NCBI GenBank assembly: GCA_965202585.1
Contig: OZ241830.1
Span: 39,060,001 to 39,124,000, forward strand
Length of the DNA: 64,000 bases
Direction of reading: 5' to 3'
DNA from: Thalia democratica
Lineage: Eukaryota
Shown: positions 13,569 to 25,324 of the stretch, one piece after another
How positions within the stretch are numbered: the first letter of the stretch is position 1
How the letters are laid out: every line of letters starts with the position of its first letter
The notes under the pieces: generated by a model
Told to the model about the DNA's origin: nothing
Databases searched by the model: none
Seen by the model: only the letters and a program-made list of their open reading frames with translations
Program-made: the position numbers and the translations under genes

Positions 13569-15268
13569 TGTTTCCTTGGAATTCGTCGTGTGTGGCAGTT
13601 TTATTTATTGAAAAGCTGAAAATTAAGCATTAGATAAAATTGAATTTATTTAGTTTAAAAATAGTGGTTTTATTTTGATGTGTAGTAGTAATTTTTTTGA
13701 TCATAAAGGCATAAAACGTGTTGCTAAACCATCTTTCTACTCTTTTTAGTTGTTAACTAATTTAGTTCAATTTCAACTTTATATTTCGATTTATTTTTAC
13801 TAATGTATGTGAATAAATAAACATAATTATATTTGATTAATTATATATCAAACAAGTATATATAATTGTGTCAGTATTTATAAAGAATGTTATGTGTAAT
13901 ATACAACATGTTTAAGGTTAACGTATATTTTTATTAAATAAAAAACTGTATCTTTTTCACATTGATTTAAAAATCAAAAAAAAAATTGAGTTTTATAAAT
14001 TTATTCAATGTAATCCGTAATAAATGAATACTTGGCACCAATAAAGTTGTCTTAAATTTTGAATTTTGTTTTAATATAAATGCTAATAGCTATGTTTTTC
14101 AAAAGTATACCATTAAAAAAACTTCAGTCAAATGCTAAGCAGATTTTTTTTCAAAACAACAAAAGTTAAAACTACGGTTTAAAACAAAATACATTATAAA
14201 AAACACAACATGATTAGTTTAACACAACAACTTAGGCTAAACCAAGATAGTTAGACTATAAAAAAAAATTTAAGTTATTTTTTACAGCTGATAAACTTAT
14301 TAATAACCAAGTTTTGAAGTAATTTGTCAATATGATTTTAATAGATTTAAATTTATTTAAAAACCAATATTTAACCCGAGAGAATACACATATAAAAAAA
14401 TATCTAAAAATGCTTCAAGCTATAAGCTGTAACTAACCGCAATATGTCAGAAATAGTATTAGTCTAAAAGCCATTACATTGAAAAAATTTTTTTTGGTGT
14501 TTTTGGGATTTGTCTTAAAATGTTTAATCGACCGACTTAATTAGCTTTGAAAAAATACTTAAATTGAATTTTGTTTTTAGCAAACATTCCAAAAACTTTG
14601 AAGCCCACGGACACCAATAAAAAAAATGTAAAATTTTTTTAGAATTTTTTTTTCATAAACAATATATTTATACAAAAAAACTGTATATCAATTAGCTTTT
14701 CTTGAGACATTCATAACTTAAAAAAGTTTTAGAGTAGCTCAACTTTTAAAAACGACTAGCTATCTATTGCTTACTAATCAAACAGTGTTTTTCAAAATTT
14801 TTAAAACTAACTGATTATATAGTTTAAACTTGAACAATCAACTCGGTGTTATCAGCCACTGAAAAACAAATAAAGAAAAGTTTTAAAATCTACAAATAAA
14901 GATCTGAAGCAAACAAGAAAAAGTATGAAAGAAATTTTGTACTAAACCATGCATACTAATAATTAAGTCAAGACACAAAAAAGTTATACCTGTACAATCA
15001 CTTTATTATTTGTTACTGTAAATGTGAATTCATGCCTATAACCAATGCATGTACCTATACAACCGCTAACTATGTAGCTTTATCTTTAATCCCGTTTTTA
15101 TCCACAATATACAGTTTTAATACAAAAAATAAGATAAATAAATGTTTAACAAAAAAAAGTGTGAATAATATTTGCTTAAATTGATAAAATGTTCTTTTAA
15201 TAATATTTTTTTTTATAAATCAAGGTTTAATCGTACCAATCCGATCATAAGATCACAAGCTCTCGATA

Positions 15269-15313
15269 GACTGAGACCCGGGTTTCGTTCTAATTGAAAC
15301 TCGTCAGTCAGCC
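15269..15313 (-). ncRNA. Type I hammerhead ribozyme with intact catalytic core (Penelope/retrozyme-type minimal hammerhead)
   Basis: Minus strand reads GGCTGA CTGACGA GTTTC AATT AGAAC GAAA CCCGG GTC TCAGTC. Stem I is GGCUGA/UCAGUC (6 bp, one G-U). The core is CUGACGA + GAAA and the cleavage triplet is GUC. Stem III is the palindrome ACCCGGGU. It lies in a ~200-bp GC-richer island (~15229-15424). Confidence 0.85.
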
Positions 15314-17118
15314 GCAACCAAACCTTTACATTAACTTAAACTTGTCTCACGGCATACGGAAGTTTCTGGTGCTCTGTATATGTTCGCTGAACTTTCTTTG
15401 ATTGTATAAGTCAAGTCAGAAGGCAATAATTGTTTTAATCAAAGAAACTAGTAACAATATTTTTAATTTTTTGCTGTACGTTCTGTATATAAAAATATGT
15501 ATGTGTACATATTATTTTGCAAAATATTGACAATTTTATACAAAAATTCAACGTTATGTTAAAATTAAAAATTCAACGAGCATTTCACCATCTTTTTTTA
15601 AATAATATGTTTTAATAAAATGTTTTGCTAAATAACTTTGACAAAATTCAAGAGACAGTGTAAGATTTCAGATAACAAATCCAACTAAGTTTTTTTACTA
15701 ATAAACAGTTTGTTTAAAAAAAATTCAATAAATGCTTAGGTAGATGTTTAAACAGTAAGAAAATTTTAAAAGTATTTTGCTAAGTTTGTAGACAAAATTT
15801 GAAAGCATTTAAAAATATAAAAAACTTGCTATTTGTTTTCTATGAAAAAAACGTACTTAAAAGTTTCAATAAAGCAAAGTTCATAATTATTAGATATAAT
15901 TAAGCCGTTTTAAATCGTATCACCTGTGATATGTTATCGCTTAAACTTTTTTTTGAGTTTTGATCAAAGATCTTCAAACCACAGCTTAGTGTGGTGCAAT
16001 TCTAAAAGTAAATTTATGCAAAACACTTTTAAATTCTTTAAATATTTTCTAAATTAGTCCTTAAGTTTCTTATAAATTTAAGCAAACTAATTCTTACTTG
16101 TACGAAAAAGTTTACCCTTTTCAGTGAGATAAAAAGTTTATGTTTAAAACAATGCTTCTAATAAAATAATATATACTTTTATCTGTTTTTGTACTATACT
16201 AAATAACTAAACAAATAAACTTAATATCAAAATACATAACGGACGAAAATGAACTATAAAATCAAAAAAGTCCTTACTTACTATTATTTTTATAAACTTT
16301 GCGTTTTTGTACGAGAAAATTCCTAAGAATTTTTAAATAAAAATAAATCATTTATTTTAAAGTATCGATGAAATGGCCGGAAACAATAGAGATTTTATAT
16401 GGTTAATCTTTTAAGGTGCCATTTATTGCTGTGTTTAGAATTAAAGCTTACGAAACATTTATTCAAACGAATAATAACAATTAAAAAATTAATGTCATAA
16501 CTTTCGTATAAAACAAAATAAATAAAACAGTTAAGTTGTTTTAATTTTTATACTTTTATTCAAACAATACTCTTTTAAAAACACAACTTTACTTAAAAGT
16601 GTATAAAATAAAAAGTTAAATACTTACTTTAGACCTAAACTTCAATTAAAAAAATAACTAGGTTTTTTGTATTAAATAATAACTGTTTCTATTATAAAAT
16701 AAAATCTAAAGTTTACACGTTTTATGCTAAATATAATTATGTAATAAAAGAACAATAATAAAAAAGCCCAAAAATTTGTCTACTAAAATACTAACTTAAA
16801 GTTTAACGTGATGCTTAAATATAACTACTTCAATGACAAAAGTTTGCTTTTTATTTAAAATTTAAGAAACGTTAAAGATTAGAATAATATTTTAAAACAA
16901 GTATTTAACTTGTTGTATTCAATAACATTAGGAAAAAGTGATTGATTTTCTTTATTAATTTAATTTATACCTAAAACTTAAAGCATAGTGTTTAATTGAA
17001 ATACTAAAATTTTTAAAATACTATGCTACTTTTCTGTTATAATAATAAAATATAATACTTATAGTAGTTAAAAAATATATAAAAGTGTAAAAACCTGTAT
17101 TTAGTTAATATTTATAGA

Positions 17119-17380
17119 ATATTTTGTTTGATTTACATCTTAGTAATTCTTAAGTTTTAAAGTAAATTATAAAAACAAATATTAATGAAATAAACAGTTC
17201 AATAGAAATAATTATAAGAATATTTAATTTCAACAAAGTTTACTAAATTTAGCTTACAAACGAAAAAGTCTAGTTTCATAAAACACTTATTTTAAATTGA
17301 ACTGTTTATTTCATTAATATTTGTTTTTATAATTTACTTTAAAACTTAAGAATTACTAAGATGTAAATCAAACAAAATAT
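17119..17380. repeat. Perfect 85-bp inverted repeat with 92-bp spacer
   Basis: 17119-17203 is the exact reverse complement of 17296-17380 on manual comparison. Confidence 0.9.
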
Positions 17381-20300
17381 GAAAAATTTTACAATAAACA
17401 GCTACTCTTTTAATATCGATAAAAACAATTTATGTTTTCTAAGCAACAAAACAAAAACTTTCAGTAAAGCAACTTAATTATCTAACTTGTTTTGAAAAGT
17501 TTTAACTGCTATTATTTGAAGAGTTTTATTACGAACAACAAAAGATTTATTACTTTTGTAATTTAACAAAAAGGTTAATGTTATTTATTAAGTAGTTTAC
17601 AAACGTTTGTTTTGTCTAAAATTATAGAAGATGGTAAAAAGCATAAAAATTTTTAATTAATAATATTAAACATCTGTAAATTTGACAATACATGTTTTGA
17701 AACACGTAATATAAGATGAACTTAAAACTAAATGTATAAAGATATTTAATTAATTAAATGCTTTTATTTTACATATGAGAACTAAAATATATAGGCAATG
17801 TTTAAAAAAATAATCATAAACAAAAATAAAACAAAACAAAAACACTCTAGCTAACGTAAAATATACTGAACAACTAAATTCTACGACAGTAGTTTTTACA
17901 GTGAAATTTATTAATTTTAAAATTTAAATATTTAGAGTATTTAAAAGATAATAATTTCTAGTTACAGATTTTGTTAGCTTGTTACTAAAAATACTAATGT
18001 TTAACTTTTTGAAGTGTATAACAAACTACTTTACTTAAAAAAATACTTTTCAACTTATCTTTATTATGTTATTTTGAAAACAAGTAGAACTACTATACAA
18101 AAATTTAAGTTTGTATCGAAGTATTTAGAGAATAATAATATATATGTTTCATTATAGGCAATTTACTTTTTTAAGTAGCAACGCTTATTATATTAAATCA
18201 AAAAGTGTTGAAATATTTTTTAGACAGTATTGACTTTAATTTGTCTGAACGGTTTTGGCAAGTTTGAAAAACGTTTAATTAAGTAAAGTTCAAAATGTAC
18301 CGCACACAAGTTATTTTAACGCCATTGCATTGCACGTTTGTTAAAACGTATTTTTTGAACTCATATTAAGTATTAAAAAAGTAAGGCTAAACATAACATT
18401 GATAAGTATGTATCAAGTTTAAACATTTTTGTTTTGATATTTATACGCTACATAAAAGATAAATCAATTTTTCACGCTAATAAAAAAGTTTAAGTAATAT
18501 GTTTATTCGTTTTCGACAAAGAAACAGCCACAATGATAATACTTTTAAAACACACAAAATTGTTACCAGTTTGTTGGAAATTGTTATTACAAAAGTAGTT
18601 AATACTAATTCAGTGAAAACCACTAGTCCAGGCATCCGTTATGATACATTCAGAACAAAATATTTAAATATTTAATACTTGAACGAAATAGAAGTTAGAT
18701 AAACTTATTTGATTTATAAAGTTGCTCAATTTATAAAACTAAATAAGTTTAAACTGGCAAGAAAATATACAAATAAAAACTAATTACTATATACAAAATA
18801 TTTAATAAAAAGGTTTAAATAAATTAAAATAAAACTCTAAAGCTATAAAATTTTGATATATTGAGCGAAATATATATTTATTTAGTTCGTTTTATTTGTT
18901 TAAAAGTAAACTTTTTGTAGAGACTAAAAAAGATTTAAAATACCATAATCAATATAGTTATACACTCGTCTAATTATTTTTACAGCAGAACAATATTGCT
19001 GCACGCACAAACGAAAATACCAATTGTATATCTGATAAGTCTGTCATAGTTTACAACAGCGTAAAGTCATGAAAACCCTCGAGTTCTCTTAGGTGTTTTA
19101 CGGATGCTACTTGCACCGCTTTTGTTTACTAAGTCGTGTTTAAGAAAAATACGTTTTCACCAGTGAAGTATATTTGTTTCACAAAAGAACCAACACAGTT
19201 ATGATCGTAAGGCGCTGAAAATGTTGTTAGAGTTTTCTAGTTCTAGTTTCCCTTTTTTTAGATTTTTTGCTTTTAAATAAACATCAGATTTTCCATAAAA
19301 ATGTTCAAGGTACACTTTTTATTTGGAAGTACAGTTTGTCTTTTCCTTTACAATTGATAATATCAACGTTTACAAATATTTCAATAAAACCATTAACAAA
19401 TTTTTAAATAAAAAACAACATCAACTGATTACTTTTTACAACTTATTTTAATACAAAACACATAAACAAGAACTTTCTTTTTTATGGATGTCTTTGATTG
19501 GTCCATTTTTTTAGAAAAGAAAGTCAATAGGCTAATGTAAAATACTTTTAACTAATAAACTTATTTACAATGGTAGTTCTCTCTCATAAAAGTAAAAGTA
19601 AAATCTAAAAATATATTAATGATTTTTTTTGATACATAAGTATTTACTGCTGTTTGAAACAAATTTAAATAAAAACTTTAACATTAAAATTTTAAAAAAT
19701 TTGGTTAACGTAGTAGAATTAAATATACTACTGTTTATCCTAAAAAAGTTAAATCAATAAAATTGAACTTTATAAAGTATAAAATAATTCAAATTTTGTT
19801 TATTTATAATGTTTTAAAATAAGAATCATTTCATTTTATAAGTGTTAACAATCTTGTATAATACTTAAAGTTCAAAAATAAAGTTCTTTCCTTATAAATA
19901 ATTAAAAAATTAAACATAACTTAAACTTTTAAAATTTTATAATCAAATCAATATTTTACTTAAACGTGATCTTCAGAAATCGTAATAAAATAAGATTTAT
20001 ATTTGAGTAAGATTTTAGTCACAACTTAAGATCTTGTTTGCGTGAAACATAGTTTTAATAATAAAGTTAAAACAACTCTAACTTTTTCTAACAATCTATA
20101 TAAGTACATACTTTACTGACTTTTACTATTGACTAATTTGTAATTTTTACATAACTAAACATACTAACAGTATAGCATAAGTAGATATTTTATTTAAAAT
20201 AAATAAATATGCAAAAAGATTGTTTTGATACAAAAGATGAACATTTAACAGAAAATACAGTTTTTATATAATATAGGTGCAGAATAAAGGTTTAATTGTT

Positions 20301-21512
20301 AGATTATTTAAAGATTAATTTTACAACATATCTCAAATAAATTTTGTTGTTTAAGTAGCCTATGCTTTAACTGTTTTAACTTAGACCTTTTGATAATAAC
20401 TGAAATCTTTATTTTCTTTTTTATGCTTACTTAATTTAAAATATAGTTTTATGAAAGTTTTACTATTTAACTTAGTTTTGATGTTTTTTACCGTCATCTT
20501 ATTTTTTTTTCTAAAGAACTAATATCTCGTTTTAAAAAATCTATTAAATCGTTCTTTGATAAACATAAGGTTTTACCTTCATTTAAGTTATATACTAAAT
20601 ACGAAAAAAATTGATTTTTATTTAACTTTTAGTTAGATAATTTGTTTCAAAAAGATTAGTTGTTAAGCAATCATGCGAAATAAAAATAGTCTTATTAAAA
20701 TTGTTTAACTTTTAAAAATTAGTAAATTACGCTTAAAAATCGTAAGAAAAATTTAAAAGTTGTCTACTAAGTCTACTAAAATAACTATGTTTAAAAAAAT
20801 TACAGCTGAAAACAAACAATACAATGTTATAGTAAAAACTTTGTAATGCAGTACCTTACTATAAGATTTTAAATCTTCCAGTTGTATTTAAACTAAAGTA
20901 CCAGGAAAAAAGATTTAGGTTTAAAATGTAGTTCTACTGTTTTAATGTTAAGTAAAAAAAAAAACCTAATAAATCAAAACTACAACATTATATGGGTAGT
21001 TTATAATTACATACTTTAAATAGATATGATATATTTACTTTGCATGTTAAACTAAACAAATGAAAGTGAACTAACAATGACATGATCTTGTTTCAATAAA
21101 TTCAAATACTTTACAACTATTTATAAAACAATTATTAAAAGTTTAATTTCACTGTAACTTATAAATTAAAAATACATACTACCTGTCTTTTTATGTAAAA
21201 AGGTTTAACTTCTGATATAACTCTAAGTCATAGTTGTCAAATTTCAATCAGCAAAAATATACACTTTAAGTTAAAGCAAACAAATGCGTAATTAGTATTT
21301 AATTTTAATACTTTATCTAAAATCGTTAACTATTGTTAATGAAATTGTGATGACTATGTTTTAGGCTTGACTTATTCACTTTAGTCTCAATTATATGGTA
21401 TCTATATTATTTACGAATCTTATTAAAACTTGCTTAATTGTTAACAATACTTTCAAGTATATATATATTTTTTTTTAATTCCTAAATTAACTATATAAAC
21501 AATTAACTTCAC

Positions 21513-22020
21513 CGCACGATCAACAACAACAACATCCGAGACAGTTCTACGACCGGTTTTGTCCTAATTAGGACTCATCAGGCAGGAACAGTCGCGAGAA
21601 ACCGCTTTTGTGATCTAACCAAGCGGGCTTAAGTACGAAGAACTGAAGCGACCGTCTGTGGGTAAAGTCCGAAAAATTGACGCAGGCAAATCTTCACAGC
21701 CCAACGTCTTAGATATTGTCAGCTAAATGTGAGATTTTACTCTCCACGCTTGTTTTATCAGTTTTAGCAAGTATTTATTTCGGCCATCATCAACAAAGTT
21801 GAGATGTTTCAACTATTTATAAAACAATTATTTAAAGTTTAATTTCACCGTAACTTATAAATTAAAAATACATACTACCGGTCTTTAATGAAACATCTCA
21901 ACTTTGTTGATGATGGCCGAAATAAATACTGGCTAAAACTGATAAAACAAGCGTGGAGAGTAAAATCTCACATTAAGCTGACAATATCTAAGACGTTGGG
22001 CTGTGAAGATTTGCCTGCGT
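21513..22020 (-). mobile_element. Penelope-like retroelement terminal fragment with hammerhead, (TTG)n tail and 132-bp inverted partial duplication
   Basis: GC-richer segment 21513-21811 carries a hammerhead (21544-21589) followed on the minus strand by TTG repeats. 21680-21811 recurs inverted at 21889-22020 with 2 mismatches. The Penelope assignment is inferred from the hammerhead architecture and the inversion; no reverse-transcriptase ORF is present. Confidence 0.65.
21544..21589 (-). ncRNA. Type I hammerhead ribozyme, probably inactive (G12A)
   Basis: Minus strand reads GTTCCTGC CTGATGA GTCCT AATT AGGAC AAAA CCG GTC GTAGAAC. The CUGAUGA core is intact, stem II is a perfect 5 bp, stem III is the palindrome ACCGGU and the triplet is GUC. 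The conserved GAAA reads AAAA. Confidence 0.75.
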
Positions 22021-22617
22021 ATATTTGTATATATTTATTGCCTTAGTATATTTGCAAGTTTAATTTTTTTTTTTAAACTTTAGAAGTCAGACTGCTTTAT
22101 TAAATAGACTAATGTTTTAAAAATGATAAATTTGATTATTTGTTAAGGATTGTTAAAATCTCAAAAATGTTTAATATATCATTAAAGTTAAACAAATAGT
22201 ATTAAATCTTAATTTGGTAGTGTATTTAGTTCTTAGTTCTTACAAAAAATATTTCTTATCCAGCAAAATGACCTTAATGAAAAAAAATATAGTAGATATT
22301 AATATATAAAAATATTCAATTCAGGAAAATTTTATTCAGTTATTACTATATAGAACATACTTATAAAAAATCTATTTAAGATATGAGTAAGTTGAACAAA
22401 AACAAAAAAAAAATTTAATCAGTTACACCGCTAAAAAAATATTTAAATAGAAGTCTTTGTTTTTAATATTTTTATATCACTTGTTTAAATTATATTTGTT
22501 TCTATTTTTTAAATAGGTTAAGCAAAAAAACTTCAAGTTTTAACAATTAAAATGATACGAACTTCTAAAAATAAATAAATTGACATTAGTTTTTATCTAT
22601 ACTGTACTATTTTTCAG

Positions 22618-23352
22618 TCAGTAATTGTTGTCTTTAGTCGACGCGTTTTCATTATCTTTCTTTTCGTTCTGCGTGAACTTTTCCTGTATCTGACCGATGA
22701 GATCATGAATGTGGGGACACACCTTTAAATTTCTCCAAAATTTTCTCCCCGATTTGCTTCGGACTTTCACCCGCGATGAACTGTACCTCAACTTATCCAT
22801 AGGAACGAGAACGACTCCTTCAACCTCATTGTCGAGGGTGTGAGTGAAATCGACTTCGGAGCAATCCACTCCCATTTCAACGAAGAAGAGCACGCGCGCG
22901 CCGTTCATCTTCAATACGATCGTGTTGTCGTATGTGTCTTCCTCCTCGTAAGGCAAATCCAGACCTGTCTCCTCTCTCAACTCCCTGTAACCCGTGGCTT
23001 TCAAGCTCACGTCCGTGTCGTCTCTTTTTCCCTTGGGAAGCTGCAGCTCACCGTAATAGTGTATCAGCAAAAGTTCAAGCTTCTCCGTGAAAACTATGAC
23101 TCCGGCTTTTGTAGGGTCTTTCGGTTTTGTTTTTACTCGCTCCGGGAATGTTACGGAATATTTTTCAACGCAATACTGCTTCAAAGAGGCAACGCAATCG
23201 ATTCTATGTTCTTTGTTTTTTCTATTATATCTTTTTTTCATGTTTTTAAGTTTGCGAGACAACTCTTTTGCATTTAAAGTTTGTCCACCCTCTGGTTCAA
23301 TGAACAAGTTGTCAATTTTTTCTTTTATCTTGTTAGGTAATTCAGTGCTCAT
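22618..23352 (-). CDS. Nudix hydrolase (244 aa, single coding exon) with a basic ~80-aa N-terminal extension
   Basis: The ORF contains KAGVIVF..LLLIH..GELQLPKGKRDDTDVSLKATGYRELREETGL (Nudix box G108-L131) and a downstream DNEVEGVVLVPMDKL segment typical of the Nudix fold. It is GC-rich relative to the flanks. An acceptor-like tttttatattatAG lies 15 nt upstream of the ATG. Confidence 0.9.
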   Translation of the reverse strand: MSTELPNKIKEKIDNLFIEPEGGQTLNAKELSRKLKNMKKRYNRKNKEHRIDCVASLKQYCVEKYSVTFPERVKTKPKDPTKAGVIVFTEKLELLLIHYYGELQLPKGKRDDTDVSLKATGYRELREETGLDLPYEEEDTYDNTIVLKMNGARVLFFVEMGVDCSEVDFTHTLDNEVEGVVLVPMDKLRYSSSRVKVRSKSGRKFWRNLKVCPHIHDLIGQIQEKFTQNEKKDNENASTKDNNY

Positions 23353-25324
23353 TTTAAAATTAACAAACTATAATATAAAAAAGTTAAAAAAAATGATATT
23401 AAAAACTTTATTATAAAAAAAACTTAATGTTATTAATTTATATTCTTTAGAATGGTTAAGAACTATATTAAAGATGAAAATTTAAGAGATTATTTGTTTT
23501 TTAAAGCAATAGTGGTTAATTGTCCATTAAATCATTGATTTATTTCAAAGAAAGTATATACTGTTATAAAATCATTTTAACCCAAGCTAGGTCACAATTA
23601 TTAGTCAGTTTTAAGCGTTTCTAAAATTAGTATTACCTACACTTTCTAACAACATTTCATTTCCATAACTATTTTGGCAACCCTGACTGTGTACCAAATT
23701 GATAATTAAAAACTTGGTAAAGTTCAAAACATAAACAAAACAAGTTTATTTATAATAAAAATCAATAGAACTATTGTATATCTATACATTTTAATTTTTA
23801 ATATATTATATAACCAACTGATAAAAATTTATTTTACTTAATATTTGAACAATATTAAAGACACTACCTAAATATCTTTTGCACAAATATATATTAAGCT
23901 AATATTATGTGAAATTTTTTGATTACGATTTAATTTATAACAGTAGTTAAATTTTGGTCATTGAAAAACCATTATTTTAAATTAAATTAAGTCACACAAC
24001 AGTTTCACAAAACTTTTGAAAACTACAAGTTATTCCATGAGGTTTCTTCAAATTTTTTTTTTAATTAAAATAAAACATCTAATTTTTGCACTTAATTATT
24101 TTTGTAAATTCCAAGTTTCCAGGTTATTTGGCCACCCTGTATAACAAATAAAATTAACAGTTTTTTCAGTATGAATGTAAAGTATGGTTGCCTCTCTAAG
24201 TTTTAAAAGTGCCATGAAAGACTAAAAACTATGCTTTGTAACATAAAACTAGCCTTCTTTATCCTGATTTTTGATATCACAAAGTAATATACTCCTCCTT
24301 GTACATATTTAAAAAAAACATACTTTTCTATATATAAAAATATGTAAATTCAGCTAAAGTTGGGTTTTATTAAATTCATGTTGTGATAACTTTTTAAGTT
24401 GTAAAAGTTTATAGCCACAGGGATAAAAGAAAATCAAATTAATTTTTATAATCAAGTCTTTCAACTAAGTTGATTATACAAAACAAAAAAGTATTAACAA
24501 AGTATCGCAACTGGCTTATGTTGTTCTCATTTAATATCTAAAACACAGTTTTGAAGTTTAAAAAAGTCTTAAAACTACCCAGATAAAATTTAACTAAATT
24601 AGCATTAGTTTCAAAAAATGTATACTAGACATTAATTCCTGAAGTTATCCAAATTATTTTAAAAAGTAAGAAAACCTCCAGAGTTATCCTTGTTGTACTT
24701 AGTATACTGAGTTTGTGGCTGCCATGCTTGTGTTATTAAAATTCTTTAAAAATTACTTTAGATGTATAGATATAGAACAAGGTATCGAAAAGATTAGGTT
24801 ACTATAACGTTAAGAGGCAGCAGTTGTTCAAAAAAATTTCAATCTTTTCACAGAAATATTTTATACTACTATAAAGTATTTCTTATCTAAACCAGGGCTA
24901 AAAAGAAATTAATTTTGTAAAATGAAAAAAAAAGTTTGTTGAAGAACTGCAGCCTCTTAAAGTTATAATAACCAAATATTAAATGAGCTGTACTTATAGA
25001 CTTTTAAAATTATTTAATAAATTATAATCGAGAACAAAATAGTTAAGTTTAAATTGTAAAAACAAACTAAAATATATTAAAACTTAAATAAATGTTTTAT
25101 GTAAATTAAGAAAACATTTAAATTTTTCACATAGAACTAAATTATAGAGTCAGTAGAAGGTTCTAATCTGCAAGAAACTTTATATTATCAATTCAATTTT
25201 TTTACTTTAATAGATGTATGTATCTGTATGTTTACAAGAAATGATTGAATTCACTAAACTTTAACTAGTCTGTTTCGCTTGACTAATTTTATATTTATTA
25301 AGTATCCAACACAATAATCTAAGT

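Noticed and set aside
15362-15385. Minus-strand GAACATATACAGAGCACCAGAAAC resembles a stretch of U3 snoRNA
   Set aside because: U3 boxes A/A', C and D were not found in the right order. The island is better explained by the adjacent hammerhead-bearing element.
22840-23416. Plus-strand ORFs 22840..23277 and 23087..23416
   Set aside because: They are antisense shadows of the Nudix CDS with no recognisable motifs.
24120-24141. TACAGGGTGGCCAAATAACC (minus), resembling a Tc1/mariner terminus
   Set aside because: No matching opposite terminus was found, so an element could not be delimited.
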